From Lama guanicoe (lineage: Eukaryota), in contig MU053629.1 in NCBI GenBank assembly GCA_013239625.1, positions 1,887,567 through 1,951,566 of the forward strand: a DNA stretch of 64,000 bases. Reading direction: 5' to 3'. The stretch's first letter is position 1, and each line of letters begins with the position of its first letter. This document shows, in pieces, positions 39,636 through 52,036 of this stretch. The notes beneath the pieces are model-generated. The model made no database searches. It was not told the DNA's origin and saw nothing but the letters and a program-made list of their open reading frames with translations. A program made the position numbers and the translations under genes.

Positions 39636-42600
39636 ACAATCAGAAATAGCAACTATCTAAATCTCCAATCCTCAAATTGTAATTTCAAGGCTGCCCATTA
39701 ATACTAAGATCCATCTTCCCCGAATTTAGAAGTATGTGTCTGCTCTCTCTGTAAAACTTTGGAGACTTCTGAAAAACTTACACATGGCAAAAAAGAATCC
39801 AGATTTCAGCTTATTTTACCAAGTTCACTACTTCATCCTTTCTTCTCTCGTTATGAAAACTTTCTGCGTAACTGGAGACCAGCAAGTTTCTTCTAAATTC
39901 CTTAAGCACTCCTAACTATCGAACACCTATGTTAAGGCATGTTACTTGTTCGTAACCACTCTTGCTATATGATTCACTTTTATTTTAAGTAAAATTCCCA
40001 TCTTTTCAGCATCCCTTCACATGTTCTTACTTTTCATTCTCCTGTGTACTGCTTCCTGCGTCTGCCCAGTTTCTAATGTACTCCTAAGGAATTTCACAAC
40101 ACTGTAGGAGGGTTTGGCCAATCTCACACTTTGATTTTCCTCAGATCTATGCTTTAATCCTCTGCTGAAGCAGAAACACGTCCCTGTTAATTTAACAGTT
40201 ACCCAGATTCAAAACTCTTTTTCTGGTACTAACCAGCACCTCTTACCTTTTTTGATGATATAAAACCATTCCCTCCCAGAAACTTCAAAATTGCAAAGCC
40301 CAATCAGCTCTATGAATACTTTCTTTATTCACAGCATAAAGGCTTCACAGTGGGTGAAATGGCTTGCATAGGGGAGCTCTGAGCTTCTCAGTTGCACACA
40401 TGGCACGTGTATTCAACATAAATGATTAATTTACTTTGGAAAGAAACATTTCAAAACCTAGCTTGCCCAAGGCCATAAAAGGTTTTGGAGGTAACAAAGG
40501 CAGCCTTCTAAGGCATGGCATTTGGGGGCATCACGTGAAACAGGAAATCCTACTCTTTCACTGGGGCCTTTCCTTCAATTAACACTTTTATAACTATCTC
40601 CCAGCACTCTGTTACAATTAGGTAATGGTTAATAGGTAGAAGGCCCCAAGCATCTCCTGGGTATACACAGAAGACAAAAATTTATACAAACACATTCCTA
40701 GAGCAGGTTTTCCACTGTGTGACCCAGGGTAAGTAAGTTACTAAATATCCCTGTGCTCAAAATGGGAAAAATGAAATAACCATATAAAGTACCTAGTGGA
40801 TATTAAGTTCACCTGCTTTCTCTTCCCAGTGAGATTTTGCCCTGGACTTTGTTACACTGCAAAATTTCAATAAGTATCTTGCTGTCTTTTCTAATTTGAG
40901 GATTAGCATCTCCTTTACAAAAAAGTCATTAGCAGATTAGAACAGCTGCTGGAAAGCAAGGACATGGCAGCTCAGGCTTAGATCGGCTATGATACGATAT
41001 TTATTCCTGGAGCCCTTGAGAATTTTTCTCAGGCAGGTTGTCCTGTGGAAGTGGAAATAAGCGTTTAACCAGAGCATGATGAGTTCCTCCACTACCTTTA
41101 GGATCTCTCAATACAATTAAAAAGACTCTGGAAGCCAAGAGATCGTTGTAGTATCTGTTTACATCACAGTTAGGCCTTTCCAAATGCCAAATGAAGTGGT
41201 GGGAATCTACCATAACCTTCCGTAGAACTTTTACTAAAAATGTCAAAGCTACTGTTTCAAAACCACTGTTCTTAAGAAACAGTTAACTCTGAGAACAGCA
41301 ATATAAGGCAACTTTACTGCTCCTTCGGGCTGAGTCAGAAGCCGTCCCCAGATTTTATCACTTGCACTCCCATTTCTGTATCTAGAGTCCTGTTTTCCCG
41401 CCGCTTGCCTCTCCCTTCTTCCCCATCCTCTCTCATTTGTTCTTGCCCAGGCTGACTCATTCCCTCTCCCTTCCTCTCTCTCTCCTGCCACTTCAGCTGC
41501 ATGCTTGGTTCTGGTTTATTGATCTTTTATTTAATTACCAAACATATACTAGACCCCTACCATGTGACCAGTCCGTATCTAGCTGTGAACCTTCATGCTC
41601 AACTGGCCCTCTCTCATGTTTAGGCCTCTTATCTGTTTAGGCCACTGGTTTTGCCTGTCTTGGCCCCAAACCTGTCATCCACCAAGTCCTGCTCCTGTGT
41701 CTTAGGATACAAGCAAAAGTGGGAGGTGCCTCTGACACCAGATTTGTGAGCTGGGAAATTTGAAAACTGACCGTGTATACTCTCACTTAAGTAAAAGGAC
41801 ACTGAGAGCACAGGGAAACCTAAAAACATTCCCATGACAGGAAAATAAGTTTGGGACTTACCCACCGTGACTACAATACAACTAACACAACACTGATGGC
41901 TGAAGAAAATGGTAAGAAAACAAGTAAAATGGTTACACCTCACAGGGCACTTCCGCCTGCTGAAGGCAAGGCTGACAGCCTTTAATTACCATGATTAAAT
42001 ACAGCTGTTCTTTCTTGGGACGCGGGCCCACTATACCAAACAAATACTGAAGCTACCAGGAGGGCAAGCAAGTCCCAGGGAATCTGCAGTCAATCTTTAA
42101 GTCCCTGACTCCCTAATCTTGTGTACTCAGAACAACCTGTAGAAAAGTACATTGGAAAAGGAAAGCTTAATTGTGCTCAATGCCAAAGCCCTTTGTGCTT
42201 TGAAAATTCAAAACAGCAACGTAAGAGGAATAAAGCAAAAATACAGACAAAACTGAAGAAGGTATTTGATTTAGTCACAGGAGAAAACCTAAAACTTTGA
42301 TGTTCCAACACTGAGGAAAAGAAGAATACAGTAATTTTTCATAGTCATTACATATACTTGCAGAGTTTCACATTTTAAAAATACTGCTTTTTCTTTGTAA
42401 TAAATTTGGAAATTCTCCAGCAATCTTAGGTTCAATAACTGAACTGTAATTTGCAAATAAAAATCGAGCCCACTTCCACCCATCCAAGTATAGGAAAACA
42501 CTAGATAATGTTCCCATTCTGTTTGACCACTGGGTGTCCACTTTGCCAGGGTTGTGTTTATGGTGTAATTAACTTAGAAAAAAAATTTATGTCTTTTGAA

Positions 42601-45429
42601 ACTAAGTAAAACACCAAATACAAATATCTGCATCAGGATGCTTCTTTTACAGTAATGTGGTTTTTAAAAAGAGGGTTTTTGTTTTTGTCTTTGTTTTTAA
42701 ATACCGTCTCAATGTTAGAATAGGTCTTAAAAAGTTACACATTCTAACTTTCTACTCAGTGCACAAATCTACCCCACAACATCCAGAATACTTAAATGTT
42801 CAATTGCAGCTTGAAAACAGAAAACAGCTCCCATCCTCCCCCTAAGAGATAAGAAATTCCATTGCATAGCCAGCTTGTTCCAGCTCACAATTTGTTTTTC
42901 CTCTTCCTACAAGAAGGTGTTTGGAAAGAAAGGAAACAAGGTACCGCACCACTTTATTATCATTTATTGACCTTATGGCCTGAAACTGTTAAATGCATGG
43001 CTCATGATAAATGGGAACAGAAATAGGTTGCTTGGTGATAGAAGAGGTAGAAGAAGAGTCAATAAATCCACTACCAGTATTTTTTTAAATTAATTATTAT
43101 AATAACAACAATAACAATAATAATGATCAGGGCAGAAAATGCAACCAATATGAAAGGATTAAAGTGTAAACTTAAAGACTACTTCCCATTTCTTATCATT
43201 CTTTTAAAAGATAATCAACTTTTTAATATATCCATTCAGATATTTTTTGTGCTCGTGTGGACGTATCTGTATTACATATGTTTTTCTTGCATTACACAAG
43301 CATAATTACGCTATACTGTTTTGCAAACCTTTTTACTTAAAAAATATATTGAGGCATCTTTCCATATTAGTACATAGGGCTCTACTTTCTTTTTTAATGG
43401 CTAATTCCATGGTATTAATGTATCATCATTTATTTATCCAGATCCATATGGATGACATTTAGATTACTTTCACGCTGTTTTAAGTGTTATAAAAAGTCCC
43501 AACTTATCTTTCCTGAAATCTCTTTCAATAATTTTTGTTCTGGAATTATTTGGAATAAAACCCTTAATCTATCATTTAATAGATCTTTAAACATTTGAAA
43601 ATCACCATCATATCATATGGGGAGTAAATGGCAGAACATATGAAAGAAAAGTTTTGAGTTATAATACTCAGGTATCAGCAATCAATAGGAGAAATGATTT
43701 CCTCAAACACAATCTAAGCATCTAACAACATGAAATGCATGCCGAACTTAACGGTCTATGAAGCTGATGGGATATTATACAATGATTATAAACATGTATC
43801 TAATGCAGCATCATGACAAATGTTACGACGTTCAGTGAAAGATGACATACAGTTGCATATGAACTGAGATTAACTATGAAATGTCTGCATATGAAAAGGA
43901 GAGAAATAGTCAGATGAAATGTGGCTGAGTTTGGGTGGTAAGAACATAGACCAACATTTCCTTTTAAAATAAATATTAATAAATATTCCTTTAATATTTT
44001 ATATTCTGTTTTCTACCATAAATGAAAAAAAATTTTAAATATAACTATCACGAAGACCAAGATCCTCATTTTCAGTTTCAAGCTCTCACAGCCCTCTTTC
44101 TTCCCTGATTATTTTAGAGAGATCAGCCCTCACAGTAAATAATCAGGTGTTAAAATTCTTGATGGCAAAATTACAATCAGCAAACGAAGCCTGAAGTGTG
44201 ACTGTTCACTAGAGGACACAGTGGTATGGAAGGGAAGGAGTTTGAGATCAAATAAGGAAAACAAGGGACAGTCAGGAAAAGCTCCCCCTTAAACCACATT
44301 CACAATCAGCCAGTGCCACCATTTTTGTTTTATCTACACATGAGTAGAGAACTGGTATGAACTTCCAGAACATAGCAGTCAGGGCAATGTGGGGGTCAAA
44401 AATCAAGGTAATGATCAGGACTTGGGTGCTTCAGTAAGGAATGGTTATACTTTCAAGCCAACACAAAGCTGTTATTTTAGCAATTTAAAGTCTCAAGCTC
44501 TGGTCACATTAGCAATATCAATATTTTTTAAATTCATAACCACTCATTTCACCCCCAATTTCATCCATTTATTTTATAAGTACTGACTAATTCCTTGAAA
44601 AATTCTAAGTCACAATGGGCTTTTTTTTTTTTTAAGTATTCCTTGTCTTGATAACCTAATATTTTGCAAACCTTTGGCCAGCAATGAATAATGACAGACA
44701 AAGCACTAGTGGGTAAAAACAATGATTCCGTTATTTTGGCTGTTGTGTGCTTTCAGTGTGAATGGTTGTTTATTTACAATGCCACAGCATCATCTTGGTT
44801 CTGAAGTGAGTGGCATATGCGCTCTAGTTGCCCAAACATTAACTACTGATGGGTCACATTTGCAGCTGGGAGCTTCACTCTAGAAAAATAGGAAGAGAAA
44901 CACTCGTGCTTGTAATTAGGAACACGCTCCAGTGTTCATGCTCACACTTACCAGGGAGATAACGATGAAATCTTGTCTATTTTGTCAACTGATCCACTTT
45001 CAGAATAAATTCCCTTTTTCAGCCATCTCCAGGGAATAGTTTTATTAACAACTTGGCAAAGATCTAAAAACGCATGCTTATCAAATCTTCCTAACTTCTG
45101 TCACCAAAATACTTCCCAACTTTCTATTACGTGAAAGAGAGATGTTGGGCCTTCAGATACATTTAAGACACCAGGATGAAGAAGGCACGAGCCTTGTTCT
45201 CAAGGAGCTTACAGCAGTCTCATGGAGTTGGGGGAATATCACAATTAAAAACCAGTCAATATGTAATCATCAGTAACAGAATCAGGACTGAAAAGCATCT
45301 CAATACTTAGTAATAATGGGATAAAATAAGATGACACCTCAGAGATTTAGGTGATCAAAATCAATAGTACAACCACAAAAATGCAGAAAGCCTTGATTGA
45401 TGGCAGCTTGTATAAAAAAAAGATGTAAA

Positions 45430-46005
45430 AGTTTCAGTTGAGTAGAACTCCATAAAAGTCAACCATGTGAAATGGCTGTTAAAATAGCTAACCTAAATTA
45501 ATAGAAATATTATGTCCAGATCAAGGAAGGTAATAATCCTACTGTCTCCAAATCCAGGGTCACTGGTGTTTTATAAGGCTCATTTAAGAGGAACATCACA
45601 AAACTAGGAGTGCATGCGTACATTCATGCTTGCTAGCAGAGCAATGACAGAGCATCTGTAAATCATATTATGCAAAGAGATTAAAGGAACTGAAGATACG
45701 TAGATTAAAAGAAGACCTGGAGGTGAGCAGTGGAGAGGGTAGCACACAACAGTTGTGATGAATACCTTTGAGCTGGTAAAAGAGGGCTCAGTGTGCTCCA
45801 TGGAAATTTAAAAAAAGGGCAGATTTTGCCCCAACAAGAACTTCCAATACTTCGAGCTTTCCAACACTGAATTATTTTGTAGAGTGATAAACTCTATGGC
45901 TAGTTGTAGTCAAACAGAGATGGATGACCATTTATTAAGAAAACCCTGGAAGCAATTCTTACACTGGGTAGAAATTTCTAACAGATCTTTTAAGCTCTTC
46001 CTATG
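45430..46005 (+). mobile_element. L3/CR1 LINE remnant (repeated at ~47350-47925)
   Basis: agtcaaccatgtgaaatggctgttaaaatagctaa...attaatagaaatattatgtccagatcaaggaaggtaataatcct. Confidence 0.6.
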
Positions 46006-46670
46006 TTGGAAAAGCTTGTGGCTACCTTGTTAGCTGCAGGCAAGAATATTAAGAAGATGAGACCCTATCATAGCTACTTTAAGAGCAGTGGACAATCTCA
46101 AAAAGCAGAAAAGAGGTCAGGTATCACCAGTATCATCTAAGACCTAGAAGGCTTTGCGACTTTTAGATGACTGTCAGAGAGGTCTGGGGAGGGAGGCCAA
46201 TGATGGCCAACCCACCTGCCTGTCAGCCAATAGCTGGCCCGACCACAGCAGAGCCCTCCTATTCCCACTGCTTATAACAGATGCACCAGTCTCAGAGATT
46301 CCAGTTTTTCTTCGCCGCCTTAAGTAAAAGGCAAGTTTAAAAATCCCCTTTCCTCCAGTCCTCTCCCTATTAATTCTCATTTTCTGTGCACAAAGAATGA
46401 CAAAACTTCAAGAATCTGTAATGTTCTCCTCTTTTTGGGGGGACTATGAACCTAGCAGCCCACATGTTATTCCTACCTAATAGGTTCATGAGATTTTTGT
46501 TCCACATGGAAAAGGGAATATTGACCTGCTGTGGTTGGTCTATTTAGAAGGGCTTAACAGAGGAAACCCTGCGCATTGGGCTGCTCAGTTTCCTCAGGCC
46601 CACTCAAAATTTTAAATTGGGCTGGATCTAGTATGTTTTCACCTGTGCCATAGATTTGTGAGACATGAAC

Positions 46671-46873
46671 NNNNNNNNNNNNNNNNNNNNNNNNNNNNNN
46701 NNNNNNNNNNNNNNNNNNNNNNNNNNNNNNNNNNNNNNNNNNNNNNNNNNNNNNNNNNNNNNNNNNNNNNNNNNNNNNNNNNNNNNNNNNNNNNNNNNNN
46801 NNNNNNNNNNNNNNNNNNNNNNNNNNNNNNNNNNNNNNNNNNNNNNNNNNNNNNNNNNNNNNNNNNNNNNNNN
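46671..46873. other. Assembly gap (203 N)
   Basis: Run of N. Confidence 1.
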
Positions 46874-49774
46874 AGATAACGATGAAATCTTGTCTATTTT
46901 GTCAACTGATCCACTTTCAGAATAAATTCCCTTTTTCAGCCATCTCCAGGGAATAGTTTTATTAACAACTTGGCAAAGATCTAAAAACGCATGCTTATCA
47001 AATCTTCCTAACTTCTGTCACCAAAATACTTCCCAACTTTCTATTACGTGAAAGAGAGATGTTGGGCCTTCAGATACATTTAAGACACCAGGATGAAGAA
47101 GGCACGAGCCTTGTTCTCAAGGAGCTTACAGCAGTCTCATGGAGTTGGGGGAATATCACAATTAAAAAACAGTCAATATGTAATCATCAGTAACAGAATC
47201 AGGACTGAAAAGCATCTCAATACTTAGTAATAATGGGATAAAATAAGATGACACCTCAGAGATTTAGGTGATCAAAATCAATAGTACAACCACAAAAATG
47301 CAGAAAGCCTTGATTGATGGCAGCTTGTATAAAAAAAAGATGTAAAAGTTTCAGTTGAGTAGAACTCCATAAAAGTCAACCATGTGAAATGGCTGTTAAA
47401 ATAGCTAACCTAAATTAATAGAAATATTATGTCCAGATCAAGGAAGGTAATAATCCTACTGTCTCCAAATCCAGGGTCACTGGTGTTTTATAAGGCTCAT
47501 TTAAGAGGAACATCACAAAACTAGGAGTGCATGCGTACATTCATGCTTGCTAGCAGAGCAATGACAGAGCATCTGTAAATCATATTATGCAAAGAGATTA
47601 AAGGAACTGAAGATACGTAGATTAAAAGAAGACCTGGAGGTGAGCAGTGGAGAGGGTAGCACACAACAGTTGTGATGAATACCTTTGAGCTGGTAAAAGA
47701 GGGCTCAGTGTGCTCCATGGAAATTTAAAAAAAGGGCAGATTTTGCCCCAACAAGAAGAACTTCCAATACTTCGGGCTTTCCAACACTGAATTATTTTGT
47801 AGAGTGATAAACTCTATGGCTAGTTGTAGTCAAGCAGAGATGGATGACCATTTATTTAGAAAACCCTGGAAGCAATTCTTACACTGGGTAGAAATTTCTA
47901 ACAGATCTTTTAAGCTCTTCCTATGTTGGAAAAGCTTGTGGCTACCTTGTTAGCTGCAGGCAAGAATATTAAGAAGATGAGACCCTATCATAGCTACTTT
48001 AAGAGCAGTGGACAATCTCAAAAAGCAGAAAAGAGGTCAGGTATCACCAGTATCATCTAAGACCTAGAAGGCTTTGCGACTTTTAGATGACTGTCAGAGA
48101 GGTCTGGGGAGGGAGGCCAATGATGGCCAACCCACCTGCCTGTCAGCCAATAGCTGGCCCGACCACAGCAGAGCCCTCCTATTCCCACTGCTTATAACAG
48201 ATGCACCAGTCTCAGAGATTCCAGTTTTTCTTCGCCGCCTTAAGTAAAAGGCAAGTTTAAAAATCCCCTTTCCTCCAGTCCTCTCCCTATTAATTCTCAT
48301 TTTCTGTGCACGAAGAATGACAAAACTTCAAGAATCTGTAATGTTCTCCTCTTTTTGGGGGGACTATGAACCTAGCAGCCCACATGTTATTCCTACCTAA
48401 TAGGTTCATGAGATTTTTGTTCCACATGGAAAAGGGAATATTGACCTGCTGTGGTTGGTCTATTTAGAAGGGCTTAACAGAGGAAACCCTGCGCATTGGG
48501 CTGCTCAGTTTCCTCAGGCCCACTCAAAATTTTAAATTGGGCTGGATCTAGTATGTTTTCACCTGTGCCATAGATTTGTGAGACATGAACGTTTATCATA
48601 AGTGAGCCGTGATAATTATCATCCTGAAATTTATGACACTAGGAACAACATAACAGCCAACTTTAAAGTTTAGCTCTGAGAAAACAAGCCTCAAATTATA
48701 CGTATGTCCTGTGAACTCAGTTGCCAATCTTAAATCCTATGCCAGGAACACTCCCTATTTAAGGATACAATCAATGAACAAATAAATACTGAGAGGCTAC
48801 TGTGAGCAAGAACTCATGTGAGCTCCAATGAAAGACAAACGCCCATCCTGGCCTCCCTAGGTTATGACTGTGGCTGATTATTGTCATGCTCAGGGTGTGA
48901 GACAACCTGAGTAATACCCAGTGCCTCTTATATAATTCTATTTATTTTAGGAAGTGAAATCTCAATTCCTTCAATAATGGTACTTGAAATAGAAACCATG
49001 TTTTAGTCATTCACATAAAACTGCCACACTGAAGAAAGCATAAAGCAGAGGAACGTCTACTAATGTCAAATAATGAAATTACCACTGAAGAATTCCATGT
49101 ACTGCAAGAGGTATCCCAAAGGCTCAACCTCCTTAGGGTTGGTAACATTTGCTTAGTCAAGATATTTTTCTGGAAGCCAGTAAGATATTCAGAAATTAGA
49201 GCTTTATGGTGAAAAACAGGAATGTTTTAAAAAATAATAAACTTAATTTTTAAAAATCCTCAAAGGTCATGGGTTATTACAATCATATAGATGGATAAGT
49301 CTTGCAAATTAATGAGAACAACAGATAAAGTGACAGTGTTAATAAGCAGTTTCAGAAGGTATATTTTAGCAGTATGTCTTTAAATAGAATATATAGTCTC
49401 AGTGTGGTGAAATATAGCTTGTAAATCACCAACACTTCCTCCTTTCTGTAGGTAAACATAAAGGAATGAAAAGAGAATGAATAAACTACCTAAAAGCAAA
49501 ACCCCATACCATGTGTATTTCAGGTGGATGAAAGCATTCAAAGGTTGGTTTGTGGGCACAGTCATGGCATCTCAGGTCCCCAGTCAATTCAACCGCCCTT
49601 CCAGGAGCCAGAGAGCAAGGAGATTTTTGGTTGACTATGTGTATTTATCTACCCAGCAAGCAGGGGAGATCTTTAGTCTAGTAAAAACGGTAAAGGAGCC
49701 AAGAAAATCTGCATATGTTGGGACTTCTACCTACACTACATGCTAAGTAGATGGAGAAAACAGACTTGACTTAC

Positions 49775-49844
49775 CTGCACTGCCGAGCTGTTTATAAAAC
49801 CTGTACTCTAAATGAAGCTGTGGAGCACGTGATTTTATTGGTTC
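49775..49844 (-). CDS. CSNK1G1: CSNK1G1 coding exon (exon 4), 70 nt: [23 protein letters not shown](G)
   Basis: tttcag|GAACCA...GCAG|gtaagt; read by hand, not in the ORF track. Confidence 0.95.
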
Positions 49845-50507
49845 CTGAAACCCAAGAAGAGAAATTGTGATCAGATTTAGACAAATAGGATTTTTTCATT
49901 CCTAGGTTTCCAGAGTAAACCAGGGCTAAAACCACTTAATGTTTTAGAGATGATATTTATATATGATAGCATTTTCTTACCACAATTTCTCTTTGAAAGC
50001 ACACCTAGGGGAAGATGAAGCTGAACTATATACAATCCTTTCCATGGATATTTAAATAAAAATATGCTGTATGAACCATCACTCAAGGATAGCTCCCTTA
50101 CCATGAAGTCATCTCCTGAAATATATTCTAGGAAACCAAATACCAAGCCCTTTAATTAAATATCAGGATTTATTTCCTGTTTGTTTTATTATGAATTTTG
50201 GGTAGTAAATGGTTTTATTCTTTTTAGAAAAATGATATATGCTCAGGAAAAAAATTTCATACACAAAAGACTTAGAAAGCAAAAATAACCTGAGTCCTAT
50301 TATTTAAAAGAGAAGCACTGTTAACATTTTGGTGAAATGTTCTTCCAAATACTTATTTATACATTTATTTATATATAATATAGACTCAAAAATGTATTTT
50401 AAATAAATGAGATCATACTGTTTGATATTCTGTAATGTGCCTTTAAATTCAACAATGTGATGATGACATCTTTCCAAGGCAGTAAGTAAAGCTGTATTGC
50501 GTCTGTC

Positions 50508-50544
50508 TGTGTGTGTGTGTGTGTGTGTGTGCGCGCGCACGCAC
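50508..50544. repeat. (TG)n(CG)n compound microsatellite
   Basis: 37 bp of uninterrupted purine-pyrimidine alternation. Confidence 0.9.
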
Positions 50545-50849
50545 TCAAATCATGACTTTTGGACATGTGAACTATTTTCAGTTTTCAATGTTATGAAAAA
50601 TGAAGTAGGAACAGTCTTATGTATATTTATTTTTACACTTAAGAGAATTAAAGACTGTAAATGCAATTACGATATGTAATTAATATGGTGCTCAAATTTT
50701 CAAAATTAGAGTTTTCTAAAGACCCCAAAGCCAAACTACCACACTTGGCTCTACACCAAACTTCAAGAATTGGCTAGCTAATTATTCTGAATCGACAGTA
50801 TACAAGGCAACAAGAAAATCAAACACTACCCTAAAAGATACATTTGTAT

Positions 50850-51548
50850 ACACATTAGGATGGCTAAAACACAGAAAATAACACGTTTGGCAAGGATGTA
50901 GAGAAACTGGAACCCTTGTGCATTGCCAGTAGGAATGTAAAATGGTGCAGCTACTATGGAAAACAGTACAGCAATTTCTCAAAAACTTAAACACAGAATT
51001 ACCATATCATCTAAGCAGTTTCACTTCTGGATATATACCCAAAAGAAGTGAAAACAGGGATTCAAACTGGTATCTGTAGACCCATGTTCACTGCACTATT
51101 ATTCACAATAGTCAAAAGATGGAAGCAACCCAAGTATCTATGAACAAATGAATGGATAAATAAGATACGGTTACACTGTGTTCCACATATATGATGGAAT
51201 ATTATTCAGCCATAAAAGGCAGAATATTCTCATACATGCTACAAAATGGGACGAAAGCTTGGGGACATCATGCTAAGTGAAATAAGCCAGACTTAAAAGG
51301 ACAACACTGCATGATTCCACTCATATGAGGTACCTAAATAGCCAAATTCATAGAGACAGAAAGTTGAATGGTGGTTGCCAGGAGCCGAGGAGAGAGGGGG
51401 AAAGATGCTGGTATTTGATGAGTACAGAATTTGAGTTGAGGAAGGTGAAAAAGTTCTAGAGATAGATGACAGTGATAGTTGCACACCAGGGTGAATATAC
51501 TTAATGCCACTGAACTGGACACTTAAACATGGTTCAAATGGTAAATTC
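50850..51548 (+). mobile_element. Old L1 (L1MB-like) 3' end
   Basis: ggcaaggatgtagagaaactggaaccctt...tgctaagtgaaataagccag...cactgaactggacacttaaa. Confidence 0.85.
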
Positions 51549-51549
51549 T

Positions 51550-51925
51550 AGAAATCAATTCTTTATCAGATATATGATTTTCAAATATTTTCCCCCATTC
51601 CATGGGTTGTCTTTTCACTGTTCAGACTCCTTTGATGCATAACAGTTTTTAATTTTGAAAAAGTCCAACTTACCTATCTTTTCTTGCTTATGCTTTTTGT
51701 GTCATATTCAAGAAATGATGCCCAAATCTAATACTATGAGGCTTTTCCTCTAAGTTTTCTTCTAAAAGATTTATAGTTTTAGCTCTTAGGTTTGTTTAGG
51801 ACTTTGATTCATTCTGAGTTAATTTTTGCATGATATAAGGTAAGGGTCTCACTTCATTGCATGTGGATATCCAGTTTTCACAACACCATTTCTTGAAAAC
51901 AGTGTCCTGTCCTCATTGAGTGGTT
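51550..51925 (-). mobile_element. L1 ORF2 fragment, opposite orientation to its neighbour
   Basis: tttatcagatatatgattttcaaatattttccccc...gtggatatccagttttcacaacaccattt. Confidence 0.8.
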
Positions 51926-51938
51926 AATTGTTCTATTT

Positions 51939-52036
51939 TTAAATTTCAACTAATTTATTATTATTGTTTTTTTAATGGCAGTACTGGGGATGAACCCAGG
52001 ACCTCATGACCACTGAGCTATATACCTTCCCCCTTC
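51939..52036 (-). mobile_element. Vic-1-type SINE with internal deletion
   Basis: gtactggggatgaacccaggacctcatg^accactgagcta; TSD TTGT(T/C)CTATTT. Confidence 0.8.

Larger units (their letters stand above)
44957..48590. repeat. Direct duplication (44957-46670 and 46874-48590) flanking an assembly gap
   Basis: 1714 vs 1717 bp; 5 substitutions and one 3-bp indel seen; identical ORF-track peptides in both copies. Confidence 0.97.

Noticed and set aside
46658..46925. ORFs made of X residues
   Set aside because: Artefacts of the N gap.
45604..48300. Pairs of identical 65-aa and 68-aa ORFs suggesting a duplicated gene
   Set aside because: Chance ORFs in the gap-flanking duplication; no recognisable protein.
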